Below, one piece after another: positions 42,453 through 52,789 of a stretch of DNA of 64,000 nt; position 1 is the first letter of the stretch, and every line of letters begins with the position of its first letter. Source of the stretch: an uncultured bacterium (GTDB lineage: Bacteria; Desulfobacterota_D; UBA1144; Nemesobacterales; UBA2774). The DNA lies in NCBI GenBank assembly GCA_963825135.1, contig CAWGRW010000009.1, positions 2,592,001 through 2,656,000 on the forward strand, given 5' to 3'. The notes under the pieces are model-generated. The model ran no database searches. It saw nothing but the letters and a program-made list of their open reading frames with translations, and was not told the DNA's origin. A program made the position numbers and the translations under genes.

Positions 42453-43142
42453 ATGCGTGATCTAGTCAAGGTTTTATCAATAATGATCTTTCTTTCGGTG
42501 ACGCTAGCCTTTTCGTCCCTTGAAGCAAACGCTCAAACCTACCTGCCCGTCGGGCCGCAAACAAATGTGCCTGTAAGTACGGTAGCCGGGGGCGGGTGGA
42601 CCGAGTGTTACCGGGATACATATAGTAATAATCTGGATGCCGACGCGGTGTTAAGGAGCTGTCCCGGGAGCCGATTGTTGCTGTCTTGCCGGTCGACCGG
42701 AAGCACTACCCTGACCCTGCTTGCCCAGGGCGACAGGAGCGACGTCACTTTCGATACGGGCGATAATTCTGACGTTCTACACATAGCCAACGGTGTCGGC
42801 TGGTATTTTAACTTCGTCGGCGGCACGAGCGAAAATAGGAACTCATGGGGATTTGTCAGAGAAGGGGACAGCGTGGAGAAAAACAATTGCGATATTGATA
42901 GCAGCGGTGCAGACAATGAAAGGTTATGCTGGCACTTGAATGAAAATGGGGGATATCGATGCGGAGCTACACAAGACCTGAATAGTTCGGAAGACTTTGA
43001 GCGCATCGTCTATACGGCCGGGTCGGGGTCGAGGTTGTCGCCCATACCCACCCTTTCCGAATGGGGCATGATAGCTACGGCGGGTATTTTAGGAATAGCC
43101 GGATTTATTATGGTTATTCGAAGAAGGAAGGCAGCCGCTTAA
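42453..43142 (+). CDS. IPTL-CTERM sorted, Cys-rich surface protein
   Basis: SD AGGAGG; signal peptide; six Cys; PIPTLSEWG-TM-RRRKAAA. Confidence 0.9.
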   Translation: MRDLVKVLSIMIFLSVTLAFSSLEANAQTYLPVGPQTNVPVSTVAGGGWTECYRDTYSNNLDADAVLRSCPGSRLLLSCRSTGSTTLTLLAQGDRSDVTFDTGDNSDVLHIANGVGWYFNFVGGTSENRNSWGFVREGDSVEKNNCDIDSSGADNERLCWHLNENGGYRCGATQDLNSSEDFERIVYTAGSGSRLSPIPTLSEWGMIATAGILGIAGFIMVIRRRKAAA

Positions 43143-43173
43143 CGTCCGGGGACATCTCAATTTAAATACTTCC

Positions 43174-43198
43174 AGGGGGCTTCGGCCCCCTTTTTTTT
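43174..43198 (+). terminator. Rho-independent terminator
   Basis: gggggc-ttcg-gccccc followed by T8. Confidence 0.9.
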
Positions 43199-43251
43199 GG
43201 TCACGGGAATAGAACGGAAATATTAGTTCGTCGGCGCGGACACGCCGCTTT

Positions 43252-44496
43252 TCAATCGCCGGGCATCCCGTAAAGGGCCAGACTCTTGTTCGCGTACCTC
43301 TTGTCGCCCGTAACTTCCCTGCCGAACCAGCCGGGGGGTGTGAAGCGGACGCTCTCTTCCACGGATGGGAATTCTACCTCCGCCACGACCAGCCCTGCGA
43401 GATTGCCTAAATAGATGTCTAGCTCGATCACATGTCTTTCGTAAGGTATTTCGTATCGCCTCTTCTCAATCTTCATCCCGACGGTCTTGGGCCACAGCTC
43501 GTTGTAGGCCTCGCTTCCAATCTCGGTCTCGATCTCTTTCCTCTCGAGACCCTGGCCTGATTTCACAGTCTTGAAGAACCTGTGCTCTTTTTTGCGCAAC
43601 CTTACCTCTGTCTCGCCGTCTGTGACCTCAAGGTATCCCTGAGATATGACGCTCGACGGATATTTATACAAATCTTCCGGAATCTCATTTACTAGAAACT
43701 TCCTCTCTATTTCGTTGTTCATGACTATTGGAATGTTAAGGTTAAGCCCCCTGTTCTCTATAATCCCCCTCATCTCCTCCCAGAGCTCGGCGTAAAACCC
43801 GGCCGAATCCGATTGCGGCAGGTGTGCGGTGAGCGGCTCCCGGTAGACACCCATCCGCTCTATATCGGAGCGGTAAGGTATGCGGGTCCTGAGTACGTTT
43901 TGCCCGTCCGACTCTATCTTCTCCATCATCTCCTGGTGGAGGCTCTTTTTAGACTCCACCATCGAGAAGAAGGCGTATAGCTTGCCCGCGTCGTATTCCT
44001 TCTTCGTAAAAAAATCCAGGAGCTTTTCGTACGTCATTACGGAAAGCGTCGTCGGAATGAGCGGTACGAATATGTAATCGGACGCGTTAAAAATGTTTTC
44101 GGAGACGAGCGATATTCCGGGCGGGCAGTCGAGGAACAGATAATCGTATTCGTGCTCTATCTCCCCGAAAATCTTCCTGAGGCGGAATTTCGAGTCCTTC
44201 ATCTCTTCGAGAGCGAGGTCGAGGTTCCGGTAGGAGAGTTTCGACGGGAGGAGGTCCAGGTTCGGGTAGTCCGTGCCCTTTATGTTCTCGTCGATATTCC
44301 TGCCGCCCTTTATGAACTTGCTCGAATTGAAGTTGCGGGACGCCTTGATGCGGAAATAATATGACGAAGCCCCCTGCGGATCGAGGTCGCATATGAGCGT
44401 CCGGAAGCCCCCCGCAGACGCGAGGTACGCGAGGTTCACCGCGGCCGCCGTCTTGCCGACCCCTCCTTTCATGCTGTAGAGGGCGAGCGTATCCAT
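43252..44496 (-). CDS. ParA/Soj-family ATPase joined in frame to a CYTH domain
   Basis: Deviant Walker A KGGVGKT, DLDPQG, LDCPPG; then MNNEIERKFLV, QGYL, VRLR, IEKRRY, ELDIY, VAEVEF. Confidence 0.85.
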   Translation of the reverse strand: MDTLALYSMKGGVGKTAAAVNLAYLASAGGFRTLICDLDPQGASSYYFRIKASRNFNSSKFIKGGRNIDENIKGTDYPNLDLLPSKLSYRNLDLALEEMKDSKFRLRKIFGEIEHEYDYLFLDCPPGISLVSENIFNASDYIFVPLIPTTLSVMTYEKLLDFFTKKEYDAGKLYAFFSMVESKKSLHQEMMEKIESDGQNVLRTRIPYRSDIERMGVYREPLTAHLPQSDSAGFYAELWEEMRGIIENRGLNLNIPIVMNNEIERKFLVNEIPEDLYKYPSSVISQGYLEVTDGETEVRLRKKEHRFFKTVKSGQGLERKEIETEIGSEAYNELWPKTVGMKIEKRRYEIPYERHVIELDIYLGNLAGLVVAEVEFPSVEESVRFTPPGWFGREVTGDKRYANKSLALYGMPGD

Positions 44497-44508
44497 AGAG
44501 TGAATACT

Positions 44509-46047
44509 CTAATTGTCCGAGAACAATTTATCAAACAGCTCCTTCATATCGCCGCCCGAGAACTCCCCGAACCTCTCGTGGAATTCGGCCCTGATTTCCC
44601 TCTGCCTCATGTAGAGCTCCGATATGAGGCCGCCCGCCGCGGCGATGCTCTCCCTGCCTTCGCTTTCCGCCGGGTCGATTTTGGATATATAGCCCTTTAG
44701 CCTCTCCTGCTGCACGTACATGTCGTTATAATCGCCGAGGTTGTCCTGAAGCACTTTCAGATGCCTGATGACTTCCTTGATCTCGTCGGCCGGGAATAGG
44801 GACTCGAAGAATTCGAGGTAGTACCTGAGCTTCTTGCACTCGATCCTGAGAGAGTGGAGTTCCCTGTCGGAAGAGCTTTCGTCTATGCCCTTTCCGAGCT
44901 TGACGGCTTTTTTATATCGCTTCCGTATGCGCCTCTTCGCGAGTTCTATAACGGGCGAGTCCGCCCCGGGCAGTAGGGCGCCTGCTTCGGCGGGCCCGTT
45001 CAGAAAATCTTCCCAGGACCCGATGCTCCGCCTGTAGGAGTCGGAGGCAAGCTCCCCGACGAATTCCCGGTGAGCCTCTTTCCTCTCGCGGGTGATTATG
45101 TCGAACAGAAGCCCGATGCCGGGCCTTAAGGCGGGCGGCAGCATGTCCGTGTACCGCTCCCCGCGCAGAAGATATATGTCGAGGTCGCGGAGCTCGTTCG
45201 ATTTCTTTCCTATACCCGAGAACTCCGCTTTGAACCTCTCCTTCACTGTCTCGGGGAAGATACCCCTTATGAGCGTAAGGGCCGAGCGGGTCCTTCTGAC
45301 CGCGACCCTGTAGTCGTGCAGGAACTCCGTGTCTATGTCTTTAATTATTCCGTCCTCGTTCTTTCTCATCGTTTCGAGAAGGCTCCTTAGTATTATTTTG
45401 ATGGCTTCCCCGGAGGGCATATCAGGCTTGAGACGGACGCTCGTCTTGGATGAATATTCCCCCGCCTTCCTCCCGGCCGCGCCGAGGGCGAGCGAAAATA
45501 TGTTCCCTTGGGCTCGCTCGAGACCCAGGCTCGAGAGATAGCCGGTCAAAGCGTTAAATTCCTCGACGTAGCCCCTCACTGGGACTGCTTCGAGCAGTCT
45601 GGCCTCACCCCCGGGCGCATCCTCGCAGCTGACTCTGATATCCTCGAAACGGACGTGAGCGACGGTCTTCTCGTCCTCGTTAATTACGTTGAACTGTCTC
45701 ACGCCGCCCTCTACCCTCACTACGGGCAATAATGCCCTTATATCGATCACCGGGCGGAGCTCCTCCCTGAGCGGTCCTTCCGGCAGGTCCCGCCAGAACC
45801 GGAGGAGGACGTCCGCGTCCGGCAGAGAGGCCGACGCCTCCATATCGCCTTCCGGGAGGCTCAGCGTCAAACGTCCGTCTTCCCGGGTCAGCAGATACCC
45901 CTTCTTGTAAAGAGCGTGATCGAATGTGTCGAGGAATAGCCGTTTTATTTCATACGGCTTTTCGGGAACGAGCGTGAAGACCCCGCCCAGCGCGACGAGG
46001 AGTGTGTCGGCATCGTCCGTTCCGGATAAAACGAAATATTCCGTCAT
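44509..46047 (-). CDS. CHAD-domain protein with CYTH-like N-terminal region
   Basis: FLDTFD; EFLHDYRVAVRRTRS, LRDLDI, LHSLRIECKKLRY..E, LQDNLGDYND. Confidence 0.9.
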   Translation of the reverse strand: MTEYFVLSGTDDADTLLVALGGVFTLVPEKPYEIKRLFLDTFDHALYKKGYLLTREDGRLTLSLPEGDMEASASLPDADVLLRFWRDLPEGPLREELRPVIDIRALLPVVRVEGGVRQFNVINEDEKTVAHVRFEDIRVSCEDAPGGEARLLEAVPVRGYVEEFNALTGYLSSLGLERAQGNIFSLALGAAGRKAGEYSSKTSVRLKPDMPSGEAIKIILRSLLETMRKNEDGIIKDIDTEFLHDYRVAVRRTRSALTLIRGIFPETVKERFKAEFSGIGKKSNELRDLDIYLLRGERYTDMLPPALRPGIGLLFDIITRERKEAHREFVGELASDSYRRSIGSWEDFLNGPAEAGALLPGADSPVIELAKRRIRKRYKKAVKLGKGIDESSSDRELHSLRIECKKLRYYLEFFESLFPADEIKEVIRHLKVLQDNLGDYNDMYVQQERLKGYISKIDPAESEGRESIAAAGGLISELYMRQREIRAEFHERFGEFSGGDMKELFDKLFSDN

Positions 46048-46610
46048 ACTAGCTCCATACCCCTCTCTCGCCGGCGGAGGCGGAAATAGTAATGCGCCGG
46101 GAGACTCCGCTCCTGCAGTCGATCAGGCCGACCGCACGACGGGACATATATAAATTAACCGTTCTTTTGCCCAATGCCATTCACATTTCTATCAAAGGCG
46201 CGTATATGATATTACCGGCTGCTCATTCGTCTTAATTCCGTCCAGCAGACAGGCCGCTCCGGGCCCTCTTTACGAATTTCCGGGAATATTGTATCCCCCG
46301 GCTCGATAGTTTATAATAAACATACATAAATCTTGTAACTGAAAGGGGCGGATGATATCGTAAATCCCCGCAGGATTGAGGACTTATTAGGATTCCCGCC
46401 GGAAGAACCTTTAATTTCCCCCTTCATATTTAGATTCCCATAATCAAATTTTCTTTGACAACGGGGTTCGGTTTAACATTTATGTTATGTCGGTTTTTAG
46501 TCGTATGAATTTGAGTAACCGGAAATCTGCGGGAATTTCGCGCATTGAGGATTAAAGCGGCTGATTAAATAATTGTCGATACTCACCGTCGATAAGACAC
46601 GGGGTGAAAA

Positions 46611-48219
46611 GTGAAGAAACTCAGGATAGGAATTATCGATTTTATTACGAAGTCGCCTAACAGCTCTCTCTGGGCGCGATTCATGCATGCGAACCTTGCC
46701 GGCATCATGCCGCAGGTCATAGCGTGCTGGTGCGAGGAGCTCGGACATGAGGTTACGCTGTTTTTATATACCGGCGTAGAGAGCCTTGACAGAGACGTCC
46801 CGAAGGACATCGATCTGGTATTTATAAGCTCGTTCACGCAGTCGGCGATCCAGGCTTACGCGCTAAGTAATAAATACAGGTCGGAGGGCGTCGTAACGGT
46901 TCTCGGCGGCCCCCATGCGCGCTGTTATCCGGAAGACGCGCAAAAGTATTTTGACTACGTGCTAGGGCTCACGGACAAGGATATTTGCAGGGACGTGCTG
47001 GAGGACATCGCGCATCACAGGGAAGAGGGCGTATACATGTCCGCACTGAAACAGCCCGCGACGCTCCCGGGCGTACAGGAGAGATGGAAATTCATATCCC
47101 AGGCGCTCGACAAGGCCCCCTGGATCAAGGTAGTCCCAATGATAGGCAGCGTGGGCTGCCCCTATTCGTGCAGTTTTTGTATCGACGCCGAGCAGCCTTA
47201 CCAGACCCTCGGGTTCGACCTGATAAGAGACGACCTCAGGTTCCTGCTCACGAAGTTCAAACGCCCCCTCGTCAGCTGGCACGACCCGAACTTCGGGGTC
47301 AGGTTCGACGATTATATGAATACGCTCGAAGAGGCGGTCGAGCCCAACAGCATTGATTTTATCGCGGAGAGCAGCCTGTCGCTCCTGTCGGAGCCTCATT
47401 TGAAGAGGCTCAGGCAGAACGGCTTTAAAGCGGTGCTCCCGGGTATAGAGTCCTGGAACGGCATGGGCAACAAGTCGAAGACCGGAAGCAAACAGGGGTT
47501 CGACAAGCTCCAGGGCGGTTTCCGAGCACGTCAACATGATCTTACGCTACGTGCCTTACATACAGACCAACTTCGTTCTCGGTCTCGATTGCGACGAGGG
47601 GCCCGAGTCTTTCGAGCTGACGAAGAAATTCGTGGATATGTCGCCCGCGGCTTTCCCCGCTTTTCCGCTCCTTACATCTTTCGGCAAGGCCGCCCCTGAC
47701 AACCTCCAATACCAGGGCGAGGAACGCGTCCTGCCCTTCCCGTTTCATTTCTTGAACAACAGCCACGCCATGAACGTCAAACCGAAAACGACGACGTGGC
47801 CCGAATTCTACGACAGGTTAATCGACCTGGTCCAGCATTCGTTCTCCTGGCCCTCGATCATCAACCGCTTCCGTAACACGAGTTCGAGGATACCGGCATG
47901 GATGAACCTCATGCGCGCCGTATCGACGGAGGGTTTCGGGAGGATGAGGTTCTACAGGCAGATCAGGCGTCTCCTCGACGAAGACAGGGCATTCAGGGAC
48001 TATTTCGAAGGCGAGACCAGGGTCCTGCCCGAATTTTACATGAACATGGTCAGGAAGGACCTCGGCAAGCTCTGGGAATGGCTCCCCGAAGGGGCTTTGT
48101 ATCACGACCAGAACATCTATTACAAGCTGGAGCAGGAAAAGAAGATAAACAAGCCGGCTCCGAAACAGCCGATAGGAATGAATGACGGACTCGCGGAAGT
48201 GCAGATAATGACCGGGTAA
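46611..48219 (+). CDS. B12-binding-domain radical SAM protein (1-nt frameshift near 47513)
   Basis: VLGGPH, GCPYSCSFC, HDPNF, GIES; removing one G in CAGGGCG joins to ..SEHVNMILRYVPYIQTNFVLGLD. Confidence 0.85.
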
Positions 48220-48420
48220 TCGAAGCACGGCGTCAGGAAATATAAATTATGTATATAGCGGATAGAGGGGTTGGTTAATGTACGAAAATGCGATAACAAA
48301 GATTTCCAGATCGATATTTCCGGTGTTTTATAAACTGCACGTAGAGGGATTTGATACCTGACGATATCCCTCTTAAAAATTAGCGCGCGCCGCGCGGAAG
48401 AAGAACCTTTTATTCCGGTT

Positions 48421-49446
48421 TCATATCCTGAGCACCTTCGCCCCTTTTATCTTCCCTTCTTTGAGCTCGGTGAGGGCTTTGTTGGCGTCTTCGAGCCCGT
48501 ACTCCTCCACCTCGGGCCTGATTCCCGCCTGAGCCGCGAGTTGAAGAAACTCGCTCACGTCCCTCCTGCTCACGTTCGCGACGGACTTGATCTCCTTCTC
48601 CATCCACAGGTGAGAGGGATAATCGAGTCTGAGGAGACTCTCCTTGTCGGAGTCCTCTTTCCTTATCGCGTTAATCACGAGCCTGCCTCCGGGGGCGAGG
48701 TTCCGAAGTGCCTCGAGCACCGGCTTCCATGCGGGCGTCGTATCTATGATTGCGTCAAGCTTCACTGGCGGGTGTTCTTCCGTATCCCCGGCCCACGCCG
48801 CGCCGAGCGCCCTCGCGAACTCCCTTTCAGGCGCGCTTCTGGCAAAGACGTATACCCCGGAATTCGGGTACAGATACCGCGCCGTCTTCAGCACCAGGTG
48901 TCCCGAGGCGCCAAACCCCGTGAGTCCCAGGTTCCGGCCGTCCTCAAGACCCGTGAGCCTCAGCGACCTGTACCCTATGGCCCCCGCGCAGAGTAACGGG
49001 GCGGCTTCCGCGTCGGAAATGGCGCCCGGAATCTGAAACGCATAGTCCCCGCCCACGGTCATATATTCGGCATACCCCCCGTCCGCGTCCCTGCCCGTGG
49101 CCGTGAAGCCGGGGCAGAGGTTATCGTTCCCTTCGAGGCAGTACCGGCAATTACCGCAGGAGGAGAATATCCACGCGACCCCCACCCTGTCCCCCTCCCT
49201 GTGACGGGTCGCGCCCCCGCCCGTTTTCTCCACGACGCCAACTGCCTGGTGTCCCGGTATTACGGGGAGTCTCGGGGGAGGCGTCCTGCCCTCTATCTCG
49301 TCTAACTCCGTGTGGCAGACCCCGCAGGCCGAGATTTGTATCAGCACTTCTCCCGGCCCCGGGGAAGGCACGGGCACGTCTCTCAGGCGAAGGGGCTCGT
49401 CCCCTTTATGAACGTCCCCTGTTTTTTCAAGAACCATGGCTTTCAT
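48421..49446 (-). CDS. Zinc-dependent alcohol dehydrogenase family protein
   Basis: MKAMVL, CGVCHTELD, PGHQAVG, CGNCRYC..DNLC, PLLCAG, GFGASG. Confidence 0.93.
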   Translation of the reverse strand: MKAMVLEKTGDVHKGDEPLRLRDVPVPSPGPGEVLIQISACGVCHTELDEIEGRTPPPRLPVIPGHQAVGVVEKTGGGATRHREGDRVGVAWIFSSCGNCRYCLEGNDNLCPGFTATGRDADGGYAEYMTVGGDYAFQIPGAISDAEAAPLLCAGAIGYRSLRLTGLEDGRNLGLTGFGASGHLVLKTARYLYPNSGVYVFARSAPEREFARALGAAWAGDTEEHPPVKLDAIIDTTPAWKPVLEALRNLAPGGRLVINAIRKEDSDKESLLRLDYPSHLWMEKEIKSVANVSRRDVSEFLQLAAQAGIRPEVEEYGLEDANKALTELKEGKIKGAKVLRI

Positions 49447-49472
49447 CGGAATCCATTCAGGTAATTTTTGCG

Positions 49473-50135
49473 TCAGCTCACCATGAGGCCGTCTTTTATC
49501 TCGAGGACCTTTTTTGTTTTCTCTGCGAGGTACATCTCGTGCGTTATCATCAGTATCGACCTGCCCTTTTCGTTTAACTCGAGGAATACGTCCATAACCA
49601 TGGCCGAGTTCTTCGAGTCGAGGTTCCCGGTAGGCTCGTCGGCCATAACTATTTCGGGGTCGTTTGCGAGCGCCCGCGCTATCGCCACCCTCTGCTGCTC
49701 CCCTCCCGAAAGCTGATAGGGCTTCCTCCCCTCCTTTCCCTTGAGCCCGAGGCTCTCTATCAGGTCGTAGCACTTTTCCTTCGCGCGGTCCCTGTCGTTT
49801 CCCCCGTTCTTCAGCATGGGTATAAGTATGTTTTCGTAGGCGGTGAGCTCGGTGATGAGGTAATGGAACTGGAATACGAACCCGATCTTTTTATTCCGTA
49901 TTCCGGAGAGCAGCTTCGCGTCTCCGAAATCTACCTTCTTATCGTCGATTACGACGTCCCCCGAAGTGGGGGAGTCGAGCAAGCCGAGTATGTACATGAG
50001 GGAGCTCTTGCCCGAGCCCGAGGCCCCGACGATGCTTATGAAATCCCCGGTCGAAATCTGAATGGATATCCCCTTCAGTATCTCGTTATCGCCGATCGAT
50101 TTCTTGATGTCCCTGCCTTCGAGGATAACGCTCAT
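49473..50135 (-). CDS. LolD/MacB-type ABC ATP-binding protein
   Basis: GASGSGKS, GFVFQFHYL, LSGGEQQRVAIARAL, ADEPTGNLD. Confidence 0.93.
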   Translation of the reverse strand: MSVILEGRDIKKSIGDNEILKGISIQISTGDFISIVGASGSGKSSLMYILGLLDSPTSGDVVIDDKKVDFGDAKLLSGIRNKKIGFVFQFHYLITELTAYENILIPMLKNGGNDRDRAKEKCYDLIESLGLKGKEGRKPYQLSGGEQQRVAIARALANDPEIVMADEPTGNLDSKNSAMVMDVFLELNEKGRSILMITHEMYLAEKTKKVLEIKDGLMVS

Positions 50136-51385
50136 ACGCTTGACCGGAAGATGTCGACCGGGAAGAGGCGGGAGGCCCTCCAGGACGGATAGAACGAGGC
50201 GAAGAAGGCGAATACCATCGCGAATATGAAGCCCATCACGAAATACCTGGGCCTCCTGTCGAGCACGAACCCGCTCGCCCTGATTATGCCGACCAGATCG
50301 AACTTGAGGGACGCGAGCCACGCCTCTATGAGATACCCGAGCAGACACCCGAGAAGGGCGCCGATCAACCCTACGAGGAGTCCCTGGAAAACGAATATCC
50401 TCGTTATCTCCCCGTCCTCGTACCCGATGGCCTTGAGGATCGCGATGTCCCTCTTCTTTTCGAGCACGGTCATCATCATTATGTTGAAAATACCGAACGC
50501 GGAGACTATGAGTATGGCGAACACCATCATGTACGTTATCCAGTTCTGCATCTTGAATATCTGGAGGAAATTGCTGAACGCCCTTTGCCAGCTCTCGGCG
50601 TAGTACCCGGAATCTTCCGAAATCTCGGCGGCAAGGGCCTCCGCCTGGTTGACGTCCTTCACCCTGATTATGAGCTCGTTCACCTGGTTGGGCTTGTCGA
50701 GTATGGCCTGGAGCGTGCGGAGGTTCATGTAGACCCTGGACTGGTCGAGGCTCGTAATTCCGGAGCTGAAGAAATCCACCACCTTGAGCGTGTATATGCC
50801 GCCGCTCGGCGAAACCAGCGTCACCTTCTTCCCGGGCTCTTTTATGCCCAGGTCCCTCGCCAGGAGCTTCCCGATTATGATGCTGTTCCTGTCGGCGACT
50901 ATCCTGTCCAGGTTCCCGAGCTCTATGTACTCGTCGATGACGGACGCCCTCCTTTCGAGTGCGGGCTCTATACCTATGAGCGTCGCGCTCTTTTCTTTCG
51001 TGCCGTAATTGACGATGGCCTGCCCCGTGAGATGCGGGGCTATGCCGATTATCCTGTCGTCCTTTTCGTATTTATCCAGGTAATGCTTGTAGCCGATTAT
51101 CTTGTCCTTCAGGTCCTTGGGCTTGGAGCCAAGCACCTCCGTGACGATATTATCGCCGTAGGCTTCCTTCAGTATCCTGTCGGGCGTGTCGGTTGCCTCT
51201 ATCTTGAGCGTTATGTGGGCGTTTATATCCACGGCCTGCTTTATGAAGTAGATCTGGAACCCGTTCATGACGGAGCTCATGGCGATAAACGCCGCGACCC
51301 CGATGGCCACTCCGACCGTCGAGACGAACGCCTGTCTTTTCCTCTCCGTCAAGAGCTTGAAAGCGATGAACAGGATGGATCTCAA
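50132..51385 (-). CDS. LolE/MacB (FtsX) family ABC permease
   Basis: One TM, periplasmic domain, then three TMs; EKKRDIAILKAIG; YPSWRASRL.P. Confidence 0.9.
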   Translation of the reverse strand: MRSILFIAFKLLTERKRQAFVSTVGVAIGVAAFIAMSSVMNGFQIYFIKQAVDINAHITLKIEATDTPDRILKEAYGDNIVTEVLGSKPKDLKDKIIGYKHYLDKYEKDDRIIGIAPHLTGQAIVNYGTKEKSATLIGIEPALERRASVIDEYIELGNLDRIVADRNSIIIGKLLARDLGIKEPGKKVTLVSPSGGIYTLKVVDFFSSGITSLDQSRVYMNLRTLQAILDKPNQVNELIIRVKDVNQAEALAAEISEDSGYYAESWQRAFSNFLQIFKMQNWITYMMVFAILIVSAFGIFNIMMMTVLEKKRDIAILKAIGYEDGEITRIFVFQGLLVGLIGALLGCLLGYLIEAWLASLKFDLVGIIRASGFVLDRRPRYFVMGFIFAMVFAFFASFYPSWRASRLFPVDIFRSSV

Positions 51386-52503
51386 TGGGCCGGAATCTCC
51401 TCGTCCCCGGGAGTCCCGTCCTTGATTTCTATGAGGTTGTCTTTCTCAACCCCCGCCTCGACCGGGACCCTGACCTTCTTTCCGTCCCTGACGACCTCGA
51501 TGTAGCCGTCCTTATAGGCCTCCTTCGAAACGAAGAGCCCTTCCCTGTCGGCGATCACTATATTGGCCTCGACGGTTATTCCGACCGGTATGTCGGGCGG
51601 ATACGCGGTGTCGGCCTTGACCTTGACCGTCCTCGAGACCCTGTCCGATTCCCTCTCTATGACCCTGATCTTGCCCTCGAACACCTTGTCCGGATATGCG
51701 TCCGTCGTAATGAGCACCTTCTCGCCGGGCTTTATAAGCGGTATGAATTCCTCGTCGACCGAGAGCACGGTCTCGAGCGTCCCCGGGTCTCCTATTGAAA
51801 ACATGATATCGTCCTTGAGCACGCTGTTGACGTAATCCCCTTCCTCGGAGAATTTCCGGAGCACCTCGCCGTCGACCGGGGACTTTATCTCGTGTTTCTC
51901 CATCTCGCGCACGACCGTCTGCTCGGACGCGGTAAGGGAGTCAAGCTCGGAGCGGAGCGATGCGAGCTGGTCGTTTAAGCTCTCGAGCGACTTTGTGTAG
52001 GTCTTCTCCGTCACCTGGAGGCTCTGCTTCGCCTTATCGAAGTCTTCCTTCGAAATAATCCCCTTCTGAAACAGAGATTCCCTCCTCTCGAAGTTCCTCC
52101 TCTCGATCTCCGTATTCATCTTCCATATGGATATCTCGTCCTTAAGCGCCTGGAGGAACGGGGAGTCCTCCTTCATCCTGTTTTCTATGAGCTCCCGTTT
52201 GGCCGATATTTCCTTGAGCTGTTCACTGAGTTTATCGTTCTTTATCGTGGCGATAACTTCGCCCTTTTTTACAATATCCCCTTCCTTCACATTTATATGA
52301 TCGATGTACCCCGACACCTCCGGTTTGATCAGCACCTTGTTGACGCTGTCCACGTAGCCCGAAGCGTACACGGACTTGATGTACCTCTTTTTCTCGACCT
52401 TCGCCGTCTCCTCCGTCTCCTTACCCCCGGGAGCCAGAAAGACGTAAGCGAGCAGGGCGATAACAGCGACCGAGACGAGGATCAATATGTACTTTCTGTT
52501 CAT
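51382..52503 (-). CDS. Periplasmic adaptor (MacA/HlyD-like)
   Basis: N-terminal TM; lipoyl halves VSGYI..VKEGD.V and IKSPVDG around an alpha hairpin. Confidence 0.9.
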   Translation of the reverse strand: MNRKYILILVSVAVIALLAYVFLAPGGKETEETAKVEKKRYIKSVYASGYVDSVNKVLIKPEVSGYIDHINVKEGDIVKKGEVIATIKNDKLSEQLKEISAKRELIENRMKEDSPFLQALKDEISIWKMNTEIERRNFERRESLFQKGIISKEDFDKAKQSLQVTEKTYTKSLESLNDQLASLRSELDSLTASEQTVVREMEKHEIKSPVDGEVLRKFSEEGDYVNSVLKDDIMFSIGDPGTLETVLSVDEEFIPLIKPGEKVLITTDAYPDKVFEGKIRVIERESDRVSRTVKVKADTAYPPDIPVGITVEANIVIADREGLFVSKEAYKDGYIEVVRDGKKVRVPVEAGVEKDNLIEIKDGTPGDEEIPAH

Positions 52504-52732
52504 TTAGTCACCCGGGAGTTTGGTATTCGTCTGGTCATCGAAAATTCACAAGTCCTTACTCAAACGGTGCTTTTGCGGCTGACCGCACGCCGGTCCCTCG
52601 GCCGGCCGGGAATTCATTATATGGACTGTATCAATCATAACTGTCAAAATATCATACAGCGGACATTGATAATTATAGCTGTAATTTTAAATATAGTCGC
52701 TATTGCACCCTAAACATTCAAAAGTTCTTATA

Positions 52733-52748
52733 CGGCACATATTTTGCA
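52733..52748 (+). promoter_or_regulatory. Sigma54 -24/-12 promoter for the hsp20-usp operon
   Basis: CGGCAC-ATATT-TTGCA (GG-N10-GC); TGT-N11-ACA box at 52642-52658. Confidence 0.7.
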
Positions 52749-52789
52749 CAGTTTAAGGTTATCGAATCAATTTCAGGAGGGCAGGCATT

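Noticed and set aside
43252..44496. Plasmid or chromosome partition locus
   Set aside because: No parB, parS or rep is present; the context is CHAD/CYTH.
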